Assembly: GCF_006345805.1 (NCBI RefSeq)
Contig: NC_043000.1
Span: 29,574,001 to 29,638,000 of the forward strand
Source of the DNA: Octopus sinensis
Lineage: Eukaryota
DNA: 64,000 bases
Reading direction: 5' to 3'
The position numbers were made by a program, and so were the translations under genes. This document shows positions 49,322 to 64,000 of this stretch, one piece after another. Numbering within the stretch: the stretch's first letter is position 1; every line of letters starts with the position of its first letter. The notes beneath the pieces were generated by a model. The model did not search any database, had not been told where the DNA came from, and saw nothing but the letters and a program-made list of their open reading frames with translations.

Positions 49322-49900
49322 CAATGAGAATGATGGTGATGATGATGATGACGAGAATGATGATGATGATGATGATGATGACGAAAATGATGATAAGGAT
49401 GATGATGATGATGAAAATGAGAATGATGGTGATGATGATGATGACGAGAATGATGATGATGATGAGGATAACGATGATGATGATGTTCATGACGTCGGTG
49501 ATGATGATGATGATAATGTTGGTGATAATGATGAGAATGATGATGATGGTGGTGGTTATTACGTTAATAATAATAAAAATGTTAATGATAATAATTAATA
49601 ATAATAATAGTAATAGTGATGATAATAACATGATGACAATAATAATAATAATATTAATAATGATAATAATAACGAAAATCATAATGATGATAATGATTAT
49701 GATGATGACGATGACTTTGGCGATTATGATGATGATGAAAATAATGATGATGATGATGATGATGATGATTTCTTATAGTTGCCAGAGGGGCATTAAATGA
49801 GCAGGACAATAATAATCATAATGATGTTGATGATGATGATGGTGATGATGATTATGTAGATAATGATGACGATGACGTCGACGATAATGATGACGAAGTC
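49190..49900. repeat. Compound (GAT)n array with recurring GACGAGAAT interruptions
   Basis: Direct reading; it produces the poly-Met and poly-Ile ORFs in the track. Confidence 0.9.
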
Positions 49901-50087
49901 AATACTTTAAACGATGCACATGAAGGTGATTTTCATGGTGAAGATTGAGACGAAGATGGCGGCCTTAGAAATCAGCAAGCCTTTCTTAACTTCAGTTCCA
50001 GCATTGTCTCCATGATATAAATACATATATTGGCTCACACCCATGCACGTGAACACGCATACATTTACTCCTGCATAAGTAATGTTA

Positions 50088-50186
<99 letters not shown>

Positions 50187-50216
50187 ACGTAATAAACATA
50201 TGCATATATATATACA

Positions 50217-50257
<41 letters not shown>

Positions 50258-50775
50258 TGTAATTATGTGCATATATACATATATATACATACGTGTATAT
50301 ATATATATATAGTTATAAACACACACATGTATTCATTAATATGCTTCGGTAGGGCAGATTGTATTACTACCGACATCTGTATATGACGAAATAATGATAT
50401 CTCATTGGTCTCGTTAGCACAGGCTTCAAAAGTGGCTTGTTACCCCCCGTCAGTGTTGTAGAAGTTTGAGATCATTTTAGGTCCTGAAAGATGCGCAGTT
50501 AACGTCTCATTGTTGAGGTTTTTATGTGGGCAAGTTTCATGTGTGTTTTTGATTGTCTGTGTGCGTGATTGCGTTTGTGAATGCGTGTGTATATGCATAT
50601 ATTTATATGTCTATGTATGTATACGTATATGTATGTATATATATAGATACACACACACACACACGTATATGCATATACATATATATGCGCGTGAAGTTAT
50701 ATGCATGCGTTTACATATATATATCTGTTTTTATGTATTTGCAAAAAATACACATACAGAAACATTACCCCAACT

Positions 50776-50843
<68 letters not shown>

Positions 50844-50995
50844 ATATATATACATATATATACATATATGTACTTTACGTGTAGTTGAATTTATCATAGA
50901 GGGAAGTAAGAACTATGTCTGCATTTTTCAATAAGGAATTTACGCCTAAATATCAAGGAAACTGCAGAGTAGCAATATAATAATTCAGCTACTTG

Positions 50996-51045
<50 letters not shown>

Positions 51046-51430
51046 ACACACACACGCACAGACACACACACAGACACACACACACATACACACACACAGA
51101 CACACACATACACGCACACACATACATACTTACATACATACATACATACATACGTACATACATACATATATACATACATCCCAAGAACTGTAAAAATCTG
51201 TAAAATTTTCCAGAAGTTTACCACTTAAATATATAGGAGCATGTCTAGATATGCAAGTATATGCATGAGAATACATACATAAAACAAAACATACAAATCT
51301 GCACATATACATACATGCAGACATACATGCATACATAGAAAGCTTATTGATTTTGAAATTCCAATGAAGGTGCCTTGGATCTTTGATGGAAGCAAACTCG
51401 TTCTCTATTGGAAAGAAATCTTGAAATAAA

Positions 51431-51636
51431 TATTTCTTTATTACCCGCAGGGTCAATAACAAAGGGATTAAGTCAATTATATCGACCCCAGTACGTAACT
51501 GGTACTTATTTAATCGACCCCGAAAGGTTGAAAGACAAAGTCGACCTCGGCGGAATTTGAACTCAGAACGTAACGGCAGACGAAATACCGCTAAGCATTT
51601 CATCCAGAGTGCTAACGATTCTGCCAGCTCGCCGCC
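51431..51636 (-). mobile_element. SINE A
   Basis: Reverse complement of the family A consensus, with a tail deletion. Confidence 0.85.
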
Positions 51637-52020
51637 CTGAAAAAAAAGCTGAAAAATGACATACCTCAAGCATGCATGTATACCCACCTAGCTACACACC
51701 AGCGTTTGTGTATATCTTCGCATAAATACATTAATGCATGCATACACTCGTAAATATACAAATATAGATACATGCATGCATACATACATGCATACACACA
51801 AACCAATATTACTCCTTATAACAAATGACGATGACTTAAATGATGCAACTTTTGAAGTCATTGCAAATAATATTCTTGTTTGAGGATAATATATTTGTAC
51901 ACCCCACATGTGTAGAGTGACCCATCAGATTAATGTAGAATTGTTTTTATTATAATTGGACATAAACAAACAAACACAACAAATACACGTACGCGCGCAA
52001 CACACATACAGGTGTATGTA

Positions 52021-52087
<67 letters not shown>

Positions 52088-52902
52088 TTTAAATGCTCAA
52101 ACACTGTATCCATGAATGAAGCAGGGATTGTATATATGTTTCTTGAAGCGATGTTACAATCAACAGGAAAGACTTGGGTGATGTTTCGTTTAATAGCAAA
52201 GAAGGTGCAAAGCTATTTGTCTTTAATACCTCATTATTAATGTTTCTGGGATGAAATCTCATCATTGACATTTTCTAGTAGTTACTAACAAATATCAATG
52301 AATTATTAGTAATACGCTATTTGGAGATGAAGCGACTTTAACGTTTTAACTTCACTCACACTTAACAGTGTGACATCACAAAATATATCAATCAGCGTTA
52401 TTCTAATTAATACAGGGATTATTTAAATATGTTCTCGAAATGTAGACGATGTCAGGAATGAATAATATCAGCCATTGTTTTGCTTGATATTCATGTAAAA
52501 AAGACGACTAAGAATATGTATCCTCCTCTTATGAAATCGCCAGTAAATCGTAGCTTACATTGTATTTTCTGATGTATTGATGAAAAGAAACAATTAAATG
52601 AATCATAGGTTATATATATATTTGTTATATATACAATTTGGAGAGCCTAACTTGATTGCAGTTTCCTGAGCTTGCTGTTGACCGACAGTTCTAAGAATCT
52701 TCTGGATTTTACACTGTCTCTGATTCAGTGAAATTAGTTTTAGCGATCAAAGGGTATTTGGTGACAGATATCTTAATTATTTCTACCATATTATTGTTGT
52801 TATTGTTACTATAGAGAAAGCAAAAGCAAAAGAGAACGAATATGATGAATTGAAGTGGGTAATGCACAAGCTGTCGGCAATGAAGAAAGTAAACGCTATG
52901 AA

Positions 52903-52980
<78 letters not shown>

Positions 52981-53247
52981 CATTATTATTTTCTGAAACT
53001 CTATTATGTATAATGTATTATATATTACTGCGATTTGGCAGGGGAATGTCAAAATTGGAAGGTCAAGCAACGAAGTACCTCGCAGTGTACAATAACGTAA
53101 TAATAACTGATTTTTACTTATCGTCCTTCTGCAGTCGATAAAAGAAAGACCACCAAAACATCGTAGTTCATATAATCCATTTTCCCTTCCGTGAAAATTA
53201 AAATTCTGTCCTTGTGCTTATATTATCATTATTGACTAGTCTAATTT

Positions 53248-53605
53248 TCTCGTGCTTTCATTGCACTACCGAGCGCTTGTCTGTGTGTCTTGGGTATATT
53301 CTGTGATTTGCTTTGCTGTTGTTGTTTTCCTCTGTACATAAAATGCTCCATGTAGGATGTGTGCAGTCTCCAGCAGTGCTATTTATATATATATACGTAC
53401 ATATATTCATAACCCATAGCCTTTTGGTTTAGTTGTTGGCTGCGTTATATATTTATTATAGGGGTTGTTTCTATATTCAGGACCCACATTTGGGTCATCT
53501 CTATTTCCAAATTTATATTTCAATACTTTCTGCAGTTCTTTCAGAGATAAATCGTCATCTGTTGGGACTGTTATATTTGGAAGTCATGGCGTTCTGGTTA
53601 AGCAC
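53248..53605 (-). mobile_element. R4/Dong-like LINE 3' end within (ATT)n tracts
   Basis: Frameshifted ITVPTDDDLSLKELQKVLKYK, EIEMTQMWVLNIETTPII, IALLETAHIL, then a short 3' UTR; (ATT)n on both sides. Confidence 0.75.
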
Positions 53606-53661
53606 TTCTTTGCATGTTTATTTTAACTTCCCTATTATTATTGTTATTATTATTATTATTA

Positions 53662-53702
<41 letters not shown>

Positions 53703-53916
53703 CATTATTATCATTATTATTATTATTATTATCATTATTATTATAGGTGTAGTTGTTGTTATTGCTGTTATTTTTATTGTTGCTTGTGTTGTTCTTGTAA
53801 TTCTTATTGTTGCGAGCTAAAATTATTACGCGGTTCATAACAATATGAAGTCAGTGCTCAAGAAAGCGAAAAACCTATATGAACACGAGGCTGTGGAGGA
53901 AGTTTAGTGTATTGTT

Positions 53917-53970
<54 letters not shown>

Positions 53971-54064
53971 TATATATATATAATACATATATACATGCAT
54001 ATATATGCATACGCATATAACTATAAATACATACATATAGCTATCTATTTAGCTATATATACAT

Positions 54065-54100
<36 letters not shown>

Positions 54101-54124
54101 GTTTGTATGTATATATGTACATAC

Positions 54125-54165
<41 letters not shown>

Positions 54166-54348
54166 TTTAGGTATGTATACATATTATTCTAGATTGAGGC
54201 CAGAATATGTATTATAAGAACAAACAATAGACAATAATGAACAAACACAATCACAAAGGCATATATTCACACATAAATATTCACATGCAAACACACTCAC
54301 ACACATGCACTCATATACACATATACGTACATACACAGAGATATATAC

Positions 54349-54412
<64 letters not shown>

Positions 54413-55059
54413 CATATATAAAGTTAATGTACACTTCAATGTTTGGAATTATTTTCCTATCGATTTTTACTTGTAATAAATTAAATAGTTCATTAATTTT
54501 AGGAATATATTGTCTACATTGAACGCTAAAGAATGGAAACATAAATAGAAGACGTAAAACACTACGAAAATAAACAGAGAGAAATCAAAGATAGTGAGAT
54601 TATATGAAGCGTAAAAAAATAGATAGAAAATTTATATTCATAGTTATGAAATGACAAATGTCTCTTAGAGATTCGTTGGAGATTTAAAAAAGAAATAAGG
54701 AGATAAAGCCAAGCAAACATAAACGGTTTTGATTGGTTTTGAATAAAGACACAGTTGATAACTTAGAACACACATACACAGTTATCTTATGATGGCGGGT
54801 GAATTATCGGTGTAGTGGATCGAATAATAATGTTGTTGTTTTTTGGAGCTGATTTTTGTCTATATTTACGTGTCTATAATTGTGCGCATGAATGTGCGTG
54901 CGTGGTTGTATGTACATACGAAAGAGACTCAGCATTAAGCTATTGACGCTCATTTACATATGTGCATACAAGTGTGTTTCATTTGATATTTATATATGTG
55001 CATGCGTATGTATTAATATTTATTGGTTAAACAGTAATATAGAAACATTACATATATAC

Positions 55060-55099
<40 letters not shown>

Positions 55100-55193
55100 T
55101 ACAAGCATACATATATATTTATAATATATATATTCATATATACACACACATATATAACATATATGCGTAAATATATATTTACGTGTATATATA

Positions 55194-55241
<48 letters not shown>

Positions 55242-55325
55242 ATATTACTTTTTCTTTATTCTGCTACTTGTTTCAGTCATTTGACTGCGACCATGCTGGA
55301 TCATCGCCTTATATATGTATATAGG

Positions 55326-55391
<66 letters not shown>

Positions 55392-56168
55392 ATATGTATA
55401 TATGTTTATATATGTTCTTGCATATTACTATATAAACTCAAACTTTGTATTTCTCTGCTCATATACATAGAGACATCAGTATTTTAGTTATCTGAATGTA
55501 TATGCACATAATTTTAACGCATATACGCACAAACACACGCATATATATTAATATACTTTCAAATGTAGACGTGTATACAGGCATATATGAATAATATACA
55601 CGATGTATATTTGAAAATATAAACGGATTTTTTGTGTATGTCTATATGGACGATTTTAAACATACACATAAATTTCCATATCTAAATGTAATGCATAAAA
55701 GCTTACACATATGTGTATGAAAACAGGTTGCGTAGGCCTATATGTAGAACATGGGAGAACCAATGATCACATGAAAATAGATAAGATGCACACTTCTAAA
55801 CACATATATAATTCTATACCACGATTATATATGCATTTAAAGGAATGCTTTCATTAATATAAATATAGACAGCACACCTAAATACCAAGGACTGGAGATG
55901 TATATTCCATTCAATATATGTGTGTGTATACATGTATCTGTGTGTGTATGTATATATACATACGGTATAAGTATATATATATGTATATATATATATACAT
56001 ACATACATACACACATTTACATGTATATACATATATATACATATACATATATATACATACATATATATACATATATATATATACACATGTATATTTGCAT
56101 TAATACATCGTATATACGTATATACACATATTTATATACATATAAATATAATTATACCGTATGTGTGG

Positions 56169-56200
<32 letters not shown>

Positions 56201-56989
56201 ATATATATATATATATACATACAACATATATGGGTGCTGCTTCCATTGTGCGGTCTTTCAAGTTGCTAGAGGTGGTCAACTCAACTAAAATATATCCAGT
56301 CTAAAGTACACACGCACGTACACATACATACACGTACACACACACACTCACACACATACACATGCATGTACTCACGCACATACATAATATACACTCATAT
56401 ATATATGCGTGTTTGTGCATGTGTGTGCATATGTCACAACGAACCTGGTAAGGTTAACCCACAGTCCACATCTGATGGCACCATGCACACTTTTATTATT
56501 AATTATTTTGTTATCTCCTTTATCTATTGAGAAGTCCTTCTTTGACAATTCCTTAGAAAATCTGTTGAACCCACTTAGCCTACCCAAAATGTTCTACGAA
56601 ATAATATTTTTGTCTCAACGCCCAACAATCGTAAACGATATTGCCTTCAAATTACAGCACGAATTGTACCAAATGCCTCGGGTCGGGATTTTTTAAAACT
56701 GCTTGTCAACCTCGTCGTATGAACAACTATTATAATAGCAAATAATTTAATGGCTTCAAATGGCAAACCTAAACTATCCGAAATTTTGTAGTAACCCGAA
56801 CTACAGGATTAACCTCTTCCTTTAAAACGTGGCGATTAGAGAGTCTTTAAAATTTCACCTGGAAATATTCCTTTTGCATGATATGGAGTTCAGTTGTTTA
56901 GTTCCATTATTCAGAAAAATATTATTGATAGAAACATTGTTCAGAAATTATTCTTCTGTTGCATAACAACAATAGTTTCTTCATTGAAA

Positions 56990-56991
56990 CG

Positions 56992-57089
<98 letters not shown>

Positions 57090-57090
57090 G
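56990..57090. repeat. (TATC)n microsatellite
   Basis: Direct reading of the sequence. Confidence 0.95.
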
Positions 57091-57142
57091 TATTTCTGTC
57101 GGTCTGTCGCTCTCTCTCTCTCTCTCTTTCTCTCTATACACA

Positions 57143-57243
57143 GGCATGGTTGTGTGGTTAAGAAGTGCGCTTTTCAATCACGTGGTTCCAAGTTCAGTCC
57201 CACGTGGTTGCAACTTGGGCAAACGTCTTCTGTTATAGCCCCG
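57143..57243 (+). mobile_element. SINE B head
   Basis: GGCATGGTTGTGTGGTTAAGAAG...GTTCAGTCCCAC...AACTTGGGCAA. Confidence 0.75.
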
Positions 57244-58210
57244 ATCTCTCTCCCTCTTTCTCACTCTCTCTTTCCATCACACACACATTCACTCGCACTG
57301 TGAACTTTGATATCGATCTGTGGCGTTGTCATTAACAATCTGATCCCTATCTTAATACAGATTATATTTAGTTAACCTAGTGGAATTATTTAAAAAATAA
57401 ACAAACACTGAAGATATTTGAATGTTTATCAACGGAAATGTTTTGTTTTTTTTTGTCTTTGTTGTACATCTTACCTCTGTCCTCTGTTCGTTGAATTGTT
57501 ACTTGAGATATTACAATACCTTTTGTTCTTCTGTAACTTCATTCTGTATACCATCTTCCCGTAAACTCAAATGCCGGACAATCCTTTGTTTTCTCTGTTA
57601 TATAGTGTATCAAATCATAGTTTCGTTCGCTAAATATTTGCAAAATGCTACCGATCTGATTTAATTTTCTTCCTAAACTCAAAGCTGAAGGAATACAAAC
57701 CAGTCATGTATTACATTATCATCGTTCAAACATCTCTCTCTTGTTTTATAGGAAGAAGCAGAATAACAATAGAATGTATACACCGACTTCCATTACTTAA
57801 TGCTGTAACCCTTAAGGGGAGCATATAGTTTGCATTGATGTAATGTATACAGTTTCTTCATCATACAGACGCTAAGAATTTTCAGATTTTCTAAACTAAA
57901 TTTGTGTGGAATTTCACTAGATATATTTCTTAGATAATTTTGAATGAAGAGGAAGATTTGATATTTTTTCGTTATTATTCCGCATGGCGCTTGACATGAG
58001 AGCAGAGTATAATTGTGATTATGCATGCTGGGAAGTAAGCAGATTAAAGTGCAGTGTAAAATGGATCAATTTAATATATGGAACACAATGGATGTGTTCT
58101 TTTCTATAAAGGACTTAAACACTTAGCCTTCACATTTTCTCGTGAACTATTTATAAAGACAAAAACCTATATGATATATATATATGTATATATATGCATA
58201 TATATATATG

Positions 58211-58284
<74 letters not shown>

Positions 58285-58343
58285 CATACATATATATATA
58301 TATGGAGAGAGAGAGAGATTGATATATATATATATATAAATAC

Positions 58344-58382
<39 letters not shown>

Positions 58383-58415
58383 AATACATACATATAGATA
58401 TATATAGAGAGAGAT

Positions 58416-58459
<44 letters not shown>

Positions 58460-59274
58460 GTATATATACAAATATATGTATTATTTATATGTATGTAATA
58501 TATATACATACATATGTATACACACACAAAGGCCTGTAATGATATACATGGTATATGTTGTACATAAATACAGACCAAAAGGTTTAAAACAGCGGATTAC
58601 ATTGCGCGTGTGCGTGTATGCGTGCGAATGTGTGAGTGTGTGTGTAGGAATGTATCCAGATATTTTCTTTGATTCTTTTCCATATTGCTTCATGTTTTTT
58701 GGGGGGTTTGTATATTTTTCACGTCTACATACACATGCATATTTACAATTATACTCTATAGTCCATATTTAACCATATCAAATACACCAGGTAATAAATT
58801 CACGAAAATTCACTGAAGACTGTGTCCAAATGATTACAGTGTGGTGTTGGGGGGAGGCATTGTTACCCATTTTGGAACTGTAAAGATATTTAGTTTGGAG
58901 ACGTTGTTATTGACCAAACAAAATTTTTGTCTACTATAAATTTGTAATATTATCAGATTACTAAATAATTGTTGAAAAGCATTCTCTAAAAGACATGGTG
59001 CTAAAGTATGTAAATTAACTGCAACTTTGGTGGTAGAATTTATAGAATTTCGTTGTAAAGCTCAAGAAGTGGTGAGAAGTTTAATTTATGTCTGTCAAGA
59101 TCTGTTTGACAAACATATAAGATAAAAAACTTTTTTTCTCTTAAACGCAGTGATATAAATATAATTATGTAATTTTGTGAGATGAAAGCATTCTTAATTT
59201 TTAAAATTATGCACTTGATTGACGTACAAGTAGCACCCATATATGTATATGCAGCTACCTACACACACACACAC

Positions 59275-59365
<91 letters not shown>

Positions 59366-59761
59366 TATGTAAATGTATGAATATTTATATGTGAATATAT
59401 ATATATATACATACATGCTATATATATATATATATATATACACAACACTAATTCTGTTTATATACATCACTCAGTATATATTGTATAATCCCAATTCCAC
59501 ATGGGTGTATATTTATTGAAGTATCAAAATACCTGTGTCTAGTTTTAGCAAAATATAAAAAGCAACGTATTCGATATAAAATTTCATTTCATGTGAATTG
59601 TGAAAGGTTTGTGTTAATGGATGGCCATGGATGGCCATCAAGAGAACACTTGGATACCCAAAACAGATATACATACTCACCCATATATACTTATACATAC
59701 ATTCATGGTGGTATATGAAGGTACACATACACACATACGCATATATACATACATATACATG

Positions 59762-59812
<51 letters not shown>

Positions 59813-61166
59813 GGATATATGGATATATGGTTGTATATGCACGTCTCTCGCACCCACATATTTTCTTGGTGGTATAAATTTTTCTTCCCATCCCAAAAGG
59901 CAAACGTTTACATGCAATGTTTCATAGTAAAGCTTTCACACACACACACACACACACATATATATGAACACGTACAGAGACACAAAACGCATATGCACAT
60001 GGAGTAATGTATACACTAAGTTATACAAAAAAAACCCATATCTCTGCACTCTGTCAAACCAGAAAGCAAGTGAAACAGTGTTTGTATTTGTTTTGCTTGA
60101 GTTAGAGCAAAAGAATGACAACAGGAATAACAGAATGACCGAATGGTAGACAGTATGCATACTGTTTGCAGCAGCGTTTTGTGTCCACAATAACAGCAGT
60201 CAGTTCTCAACAATCCCTCTCCCTTCTGCGGTGTATAATTTTTGTAATATTTTATGGCTGTAGTGATTGACAACACTGTAAAAAAAACTAACGTTATATT
60301 TCGCCTTGCAGCTTTCTCTTCAAGTATTTCTGTGTGTTTGCTCAGTAGAACACTCCACTGTGTATAAGGGCTCCTTGGACCCTACCATTGAATGTTCACC
60401 TCAGCGATAACACTGTTACTCAACGTCAGGGCTGATATATGAAGATAACCTATGATCAAATGTACGGTTCACATACTTCTAATCTGCTACCCTGAGTGTA
60501 TCATGCTCTTAACTACAGTAACAATCACACAGAATTGATGAGAATTTCGTCAAGTTACAACGTTCAGCATTCCGATGGGTTACTGTAAAAGAAATATATA
60601 CAGAAATGTCTTCTGTATCTCCGTGTATTCATTAGTTAACTTTGATTGTAATATTAATATTCGCAGGTGGTCTGCAATTGTATATCACTAACTTGCCCAG
60701 AAGCCAATAGTCTTAATTTCCCGATTTAAACGGATATATTTCATTAGGGATGGTCAATATATTGCATGTGTCTGTGGTACCTGCATGTGAAAGACTGGCA
60801 TTTCGATTAATTCCAGGTATGGCCCTAAGTTCATTGTGACTGATTGAATAGACGCCTCCAGCTTCTGTCAGTTTTTGTACACCTTCCCATACACATCTGT
60901 ATCTTATCACATACACTTACGCTCATACAAACACTTTTACGCGCACACTACAGCACACACATACACAGGTGCATATAACACATGCATAGAAACGCAAACA
61001 TGCATTCAAACGCACACACAGATCTATGTAAAATGCATTACACAGTATGTATCCTGTTTGTTGTAGTAAAACTATTATCAGCTTAATTTGATATACATAC
61101 AAAACTACATAAATACATAGCTTCTGGGAAAAAAAAAGATTTGAAAAATAAACAAGAAAAACATAG

Positions 61167-61209
<43 letters not shown>

Positions 61210-61577
61210 AGCGCGCGGAAACATATTTCAGGTTACACAGTAAAACCTCCATAAAAATGTAGCTCAAAATGGTTAACATGTAGGGATTTGTTTTGCTGCA
61301 TCTTGTATATACATGCATCTAAACACACACCATAAATTTACTTGTAAAAAGAAAATTTGAATCTTGAAACTAAATGGAAGCATGAATTTATTTTAGATCA
61401 ATTATTTATTATTATTTTTTTACATATTTATTTGCATATTAAATTGGAGCTAATATACATCAGACATATAACTTTAAAGTTATTAAGCAACACAACAAAT
61501 TTGGATATTTTGGGAAAGGTATCCAATTTCAGCCAGTTGAAAAAAAAACAAGCCAAAAAAAAAAGCAAACACCCCCC

Positions 61578-61677
61578 NNNNNNNNNNNNNNNNNNNNNNN
61601 NNNNNNNNNNNNNNNNNNNNNNNNNNNNNNNNNNNNNNNNNNNNNNNNNNNNNNNNNNNNNNNNNNNNNNNNNNNNN
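61578..61677. other. Assembly gap (100 N) flanked by poly-C
   Basis: N run with C homopolymers on both sides. Confidence 0.99.
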
Positions 61678-61890
61678 CCCCCTGGTGGCCATCTTTTTGG
61701 TGCCTGTCACCTCCACTATCTTGCACCGCGTTCTACTCCACCAGTAAGTCTTCAGCAACCAATAAGAGATCATAGCGGGTTGAGCCCACCCTTCATATGG
61801 GTAAAGTAGGACTTTCGTCGGATAGCCCTCATAACTGAACACTTTCCGGCAACATTTGCCCCTGCTTTCATAGTAAAATAACTGGACCAT
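61678..61890 (-). CDS. Candidate first coding exon of an unidentified host gene, running into the gap
   Basis: Strong acceptor TTTTTTTTCTTTCTCTCATTACAG|G with exon start at 62020; ATG at 61890 in ACATGG context (A at -3, G at +4); 71 open, non-repetitive codons MVQLFYYESRGKCCRKVFSYEGYPTKVLLYPYEGWAQPAMISYWLLKTYWWSRTRCKIVEVTG... Confidence 0.5.
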
Positions 61891-62454
61891 GTTAAAGACT
61901 TTTCAATGTTATCCTCCAGAATGGCTTTGGTTTCAAAATGTCGAAAGTTTGGTAAAAATAATTACAGTTTCACACATTAGCGCCGACCTCAAATATTTTC
62001 TTTTTCTTCCATGCCACTACCTGTAATGAGAGAAAGAAAAAAAATATTATTCGTTTTTAACGGTTCAACTCGAAGTAATTAAAATTAACAAAACAAAATC
62101 ATATAAATATTTGATTAAAAAAACTTTGCCCCTTTGTATAGAAAGGGTCTCAATTGCCCATGGGAATCGAACTCGCCTCTTCTGTGAATATCACTGAGGT
62201 TTTGTTAATAAAGCAACCCCTCGAATTTCTCTCTTTCAGTAACCTTATATACACGCAACTTTATACATTTAATAATAAAAAAAGAATAATTTATTCTAAA
62301 TACCCAGAGATACATTTAGTTCAATAATAACAAGCACAAATTCCAGTATTCAGTCTCAACAGTGAGAATTGCAGGTTGTTTATATCATAAGAATTTAGAA
62401 GTTACGAGAGAACGTGAAGAAATTCATTTTTATCGTTTGAACTCGAAGTATATA

Positions 62455-62942
62455 TCAGGTCATCCCATAAGTTCTGTCCGAATTATGAATAAAGAAAACA
62501 CGTGATCAAATGTTATATTTAATTGAAATTTAATCATCAATGTACTTTCCCTGTTTATCTATGAATTCCTTTCATCTATCTTTTAATCCCATCAATGTAA
62601 AACTCTTTTGGTTTCAAAGCGAAGAACGCTGAAATGTCAGTTTCGACCTCCTCCCGGATTGCGAAAGAATTTTGCAAACCATCTTCTGCAAGTTCTTTCA
62701 TTCAAGTATTCTTTCCCATAAACTGAGTGTATGTTTCGAGTCGCTTCGGCTGCAAAGTTTCCTTTTTTGTACTCATAAAGCATTATGTGCCTTAAATGCT
62801 CTTTGGTTACTTCCATGTTAGAAAGGGTTTTAATCAAAGAAGTTTTAATAATTTATAATTCCATTAGACATTCTAAAATACTGTTAAATTTCAATCAATT
62901 TTAAAAAAGGTAAAATCGGATAGAATTTATGGGGTGACCTGA
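62455..62942 (-). mobile_element. Internally deleted mariner (488 bp) with both TIRs and TA TSD
   Basis: 27-bp TIRs TCAGGTCATCCCATAAGTTCTGTCCGA vs TCAGGTCACCCCATAAATTCTATCCGA, with TA on each side; N-terminal MEVTKEHLRHIMLYEYKKG...TCRRWFAKF is fused to C-terminal EEVETDISAFFALKPKEFYIDGIKK. Confidence 0.92.
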
Positions 62943-63718
62943 TATATAGACATAAATAAATAGCAGCGTGTAAATACTGGGTTAAGAATCCTTTGGAAAG
63001 AAAATTCTAAACTTAAATAACTTAAATGCAAATAATAAATTTATAATATACTATATGCAAATATCATAAATGTATCCAATACAAATACACAATTCATGAT
63101 TTTTAAGAGTCAAGTACTTACAAATATACATAGAAGTATAACTAGACTCCATACAGCACACGAATTTCCCTTTCATCCAACAAGCTTTCGCTAAACAGGC
63201 AGCGGTGATAAATCCGTTAAACCAATATAAATCTCATATAAACATCCGACATTATGTTTTGTATATTTTAGATACTAACGAATTTGCAGCTTAGCTACCT
63301 TTTGATACATCTATGAATTATAGCACCATAATTTTTGGGTACACAAGAAAATATATTGGGTCATTCGAGACTGACTGCAGCTCGATGCCAGAAAAATGGT
63401 ACATTGGTATTTGGACTTCATATTTAGTGAAACATCTCAATTGCTTTATATAAAACACACACACACACACATATACAAACACGCGCGCACACACATGCAT
63501 AAATCTCTCTCTATATATTAATCGAAGTGTACAGTATTATATATGCATTACGGCGGATCTTATCAATCAGTTTTGCACTAGAGGTTCAACGAGTGTTAAG
63601 TGACAGTCCGATTATGTAACCCTGCTCTCGTTAGAGATAGTCGTTGTGGAATGAAATATAGCGACTCCCATGTATATATGTATGTATATATGTATGCATG
63701 TATATATATATATATATA

Positions 63719-63778
<60 letters not shown>

Positions 63779-64000
63779 CATACACACAGACGCACATATA
63801 CATTATGGGCACAGAATGCATATGCTAAGAAGCGGTGACGAGTGAAAATCCTGAAAATAATTATAGGCTTATAATTATTATTTACAGAATTTTCTCTCTT
63901 CAACGCTTCATAACGTATGCAGAATCCGCATATTTGTTTATTTACACACTATACACCACTGTAAAGGTATAGGTCCTAAATTTAAAAGAAACAGACTAAG

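Noticed and set aside
52813-53100. Plus-strand micro-exons EKAKAKENEYDELKW and GMSKLEGQATKYLAVYNN
   Set aside because: Peptide-like but short, phases are incompatible, and splice sites are weak.
57751-58034. Plus-strand exon between a strong acceptor and a GTAAGC donor
   Set aside because: Stops in all frames from the acceptor; only a 17-codon terminal ORF; no independent support.

Overview
AT-rich, microsatellite-saturated animal genomic DNA, most likely an octopus (inferred from the repeat families and the TA/CA/TATC/TATG/AAT density; not verified). Nearly all ORFs in the supplied track are translated microsatellites. What can be supported: (i) dozens of tRNA-derived SINE copies from at least five families; (ii) decayed LINE fragments (CR1-like, R4/Dong-like); (iii) three Penelope-like (PLE) fragments, one with a twin-priming-type inversion; (iv) two defective mariner elements; (v) several foldback/MITE-like inverted repeats; (vi) a 100-N gap next to a candidate host coding exon on the minus strand. 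Two systems stand out. First, many minimal hammerhead-ribozyme (HHR) motifs sit in short non-autonomous repeats, including a tRNA-headed SINE with an HHR tail. Second, two diverged gag/ORF1-only LINE-like elements are stacked at the same site inside a SINE tRNA head (42970-45535), with a 12-bp TSD and no ORF2. Repeat boundaries were read by eye and are approximate unless a TSD or TIR is given. Family labels A-D and H1-H3 are my own.
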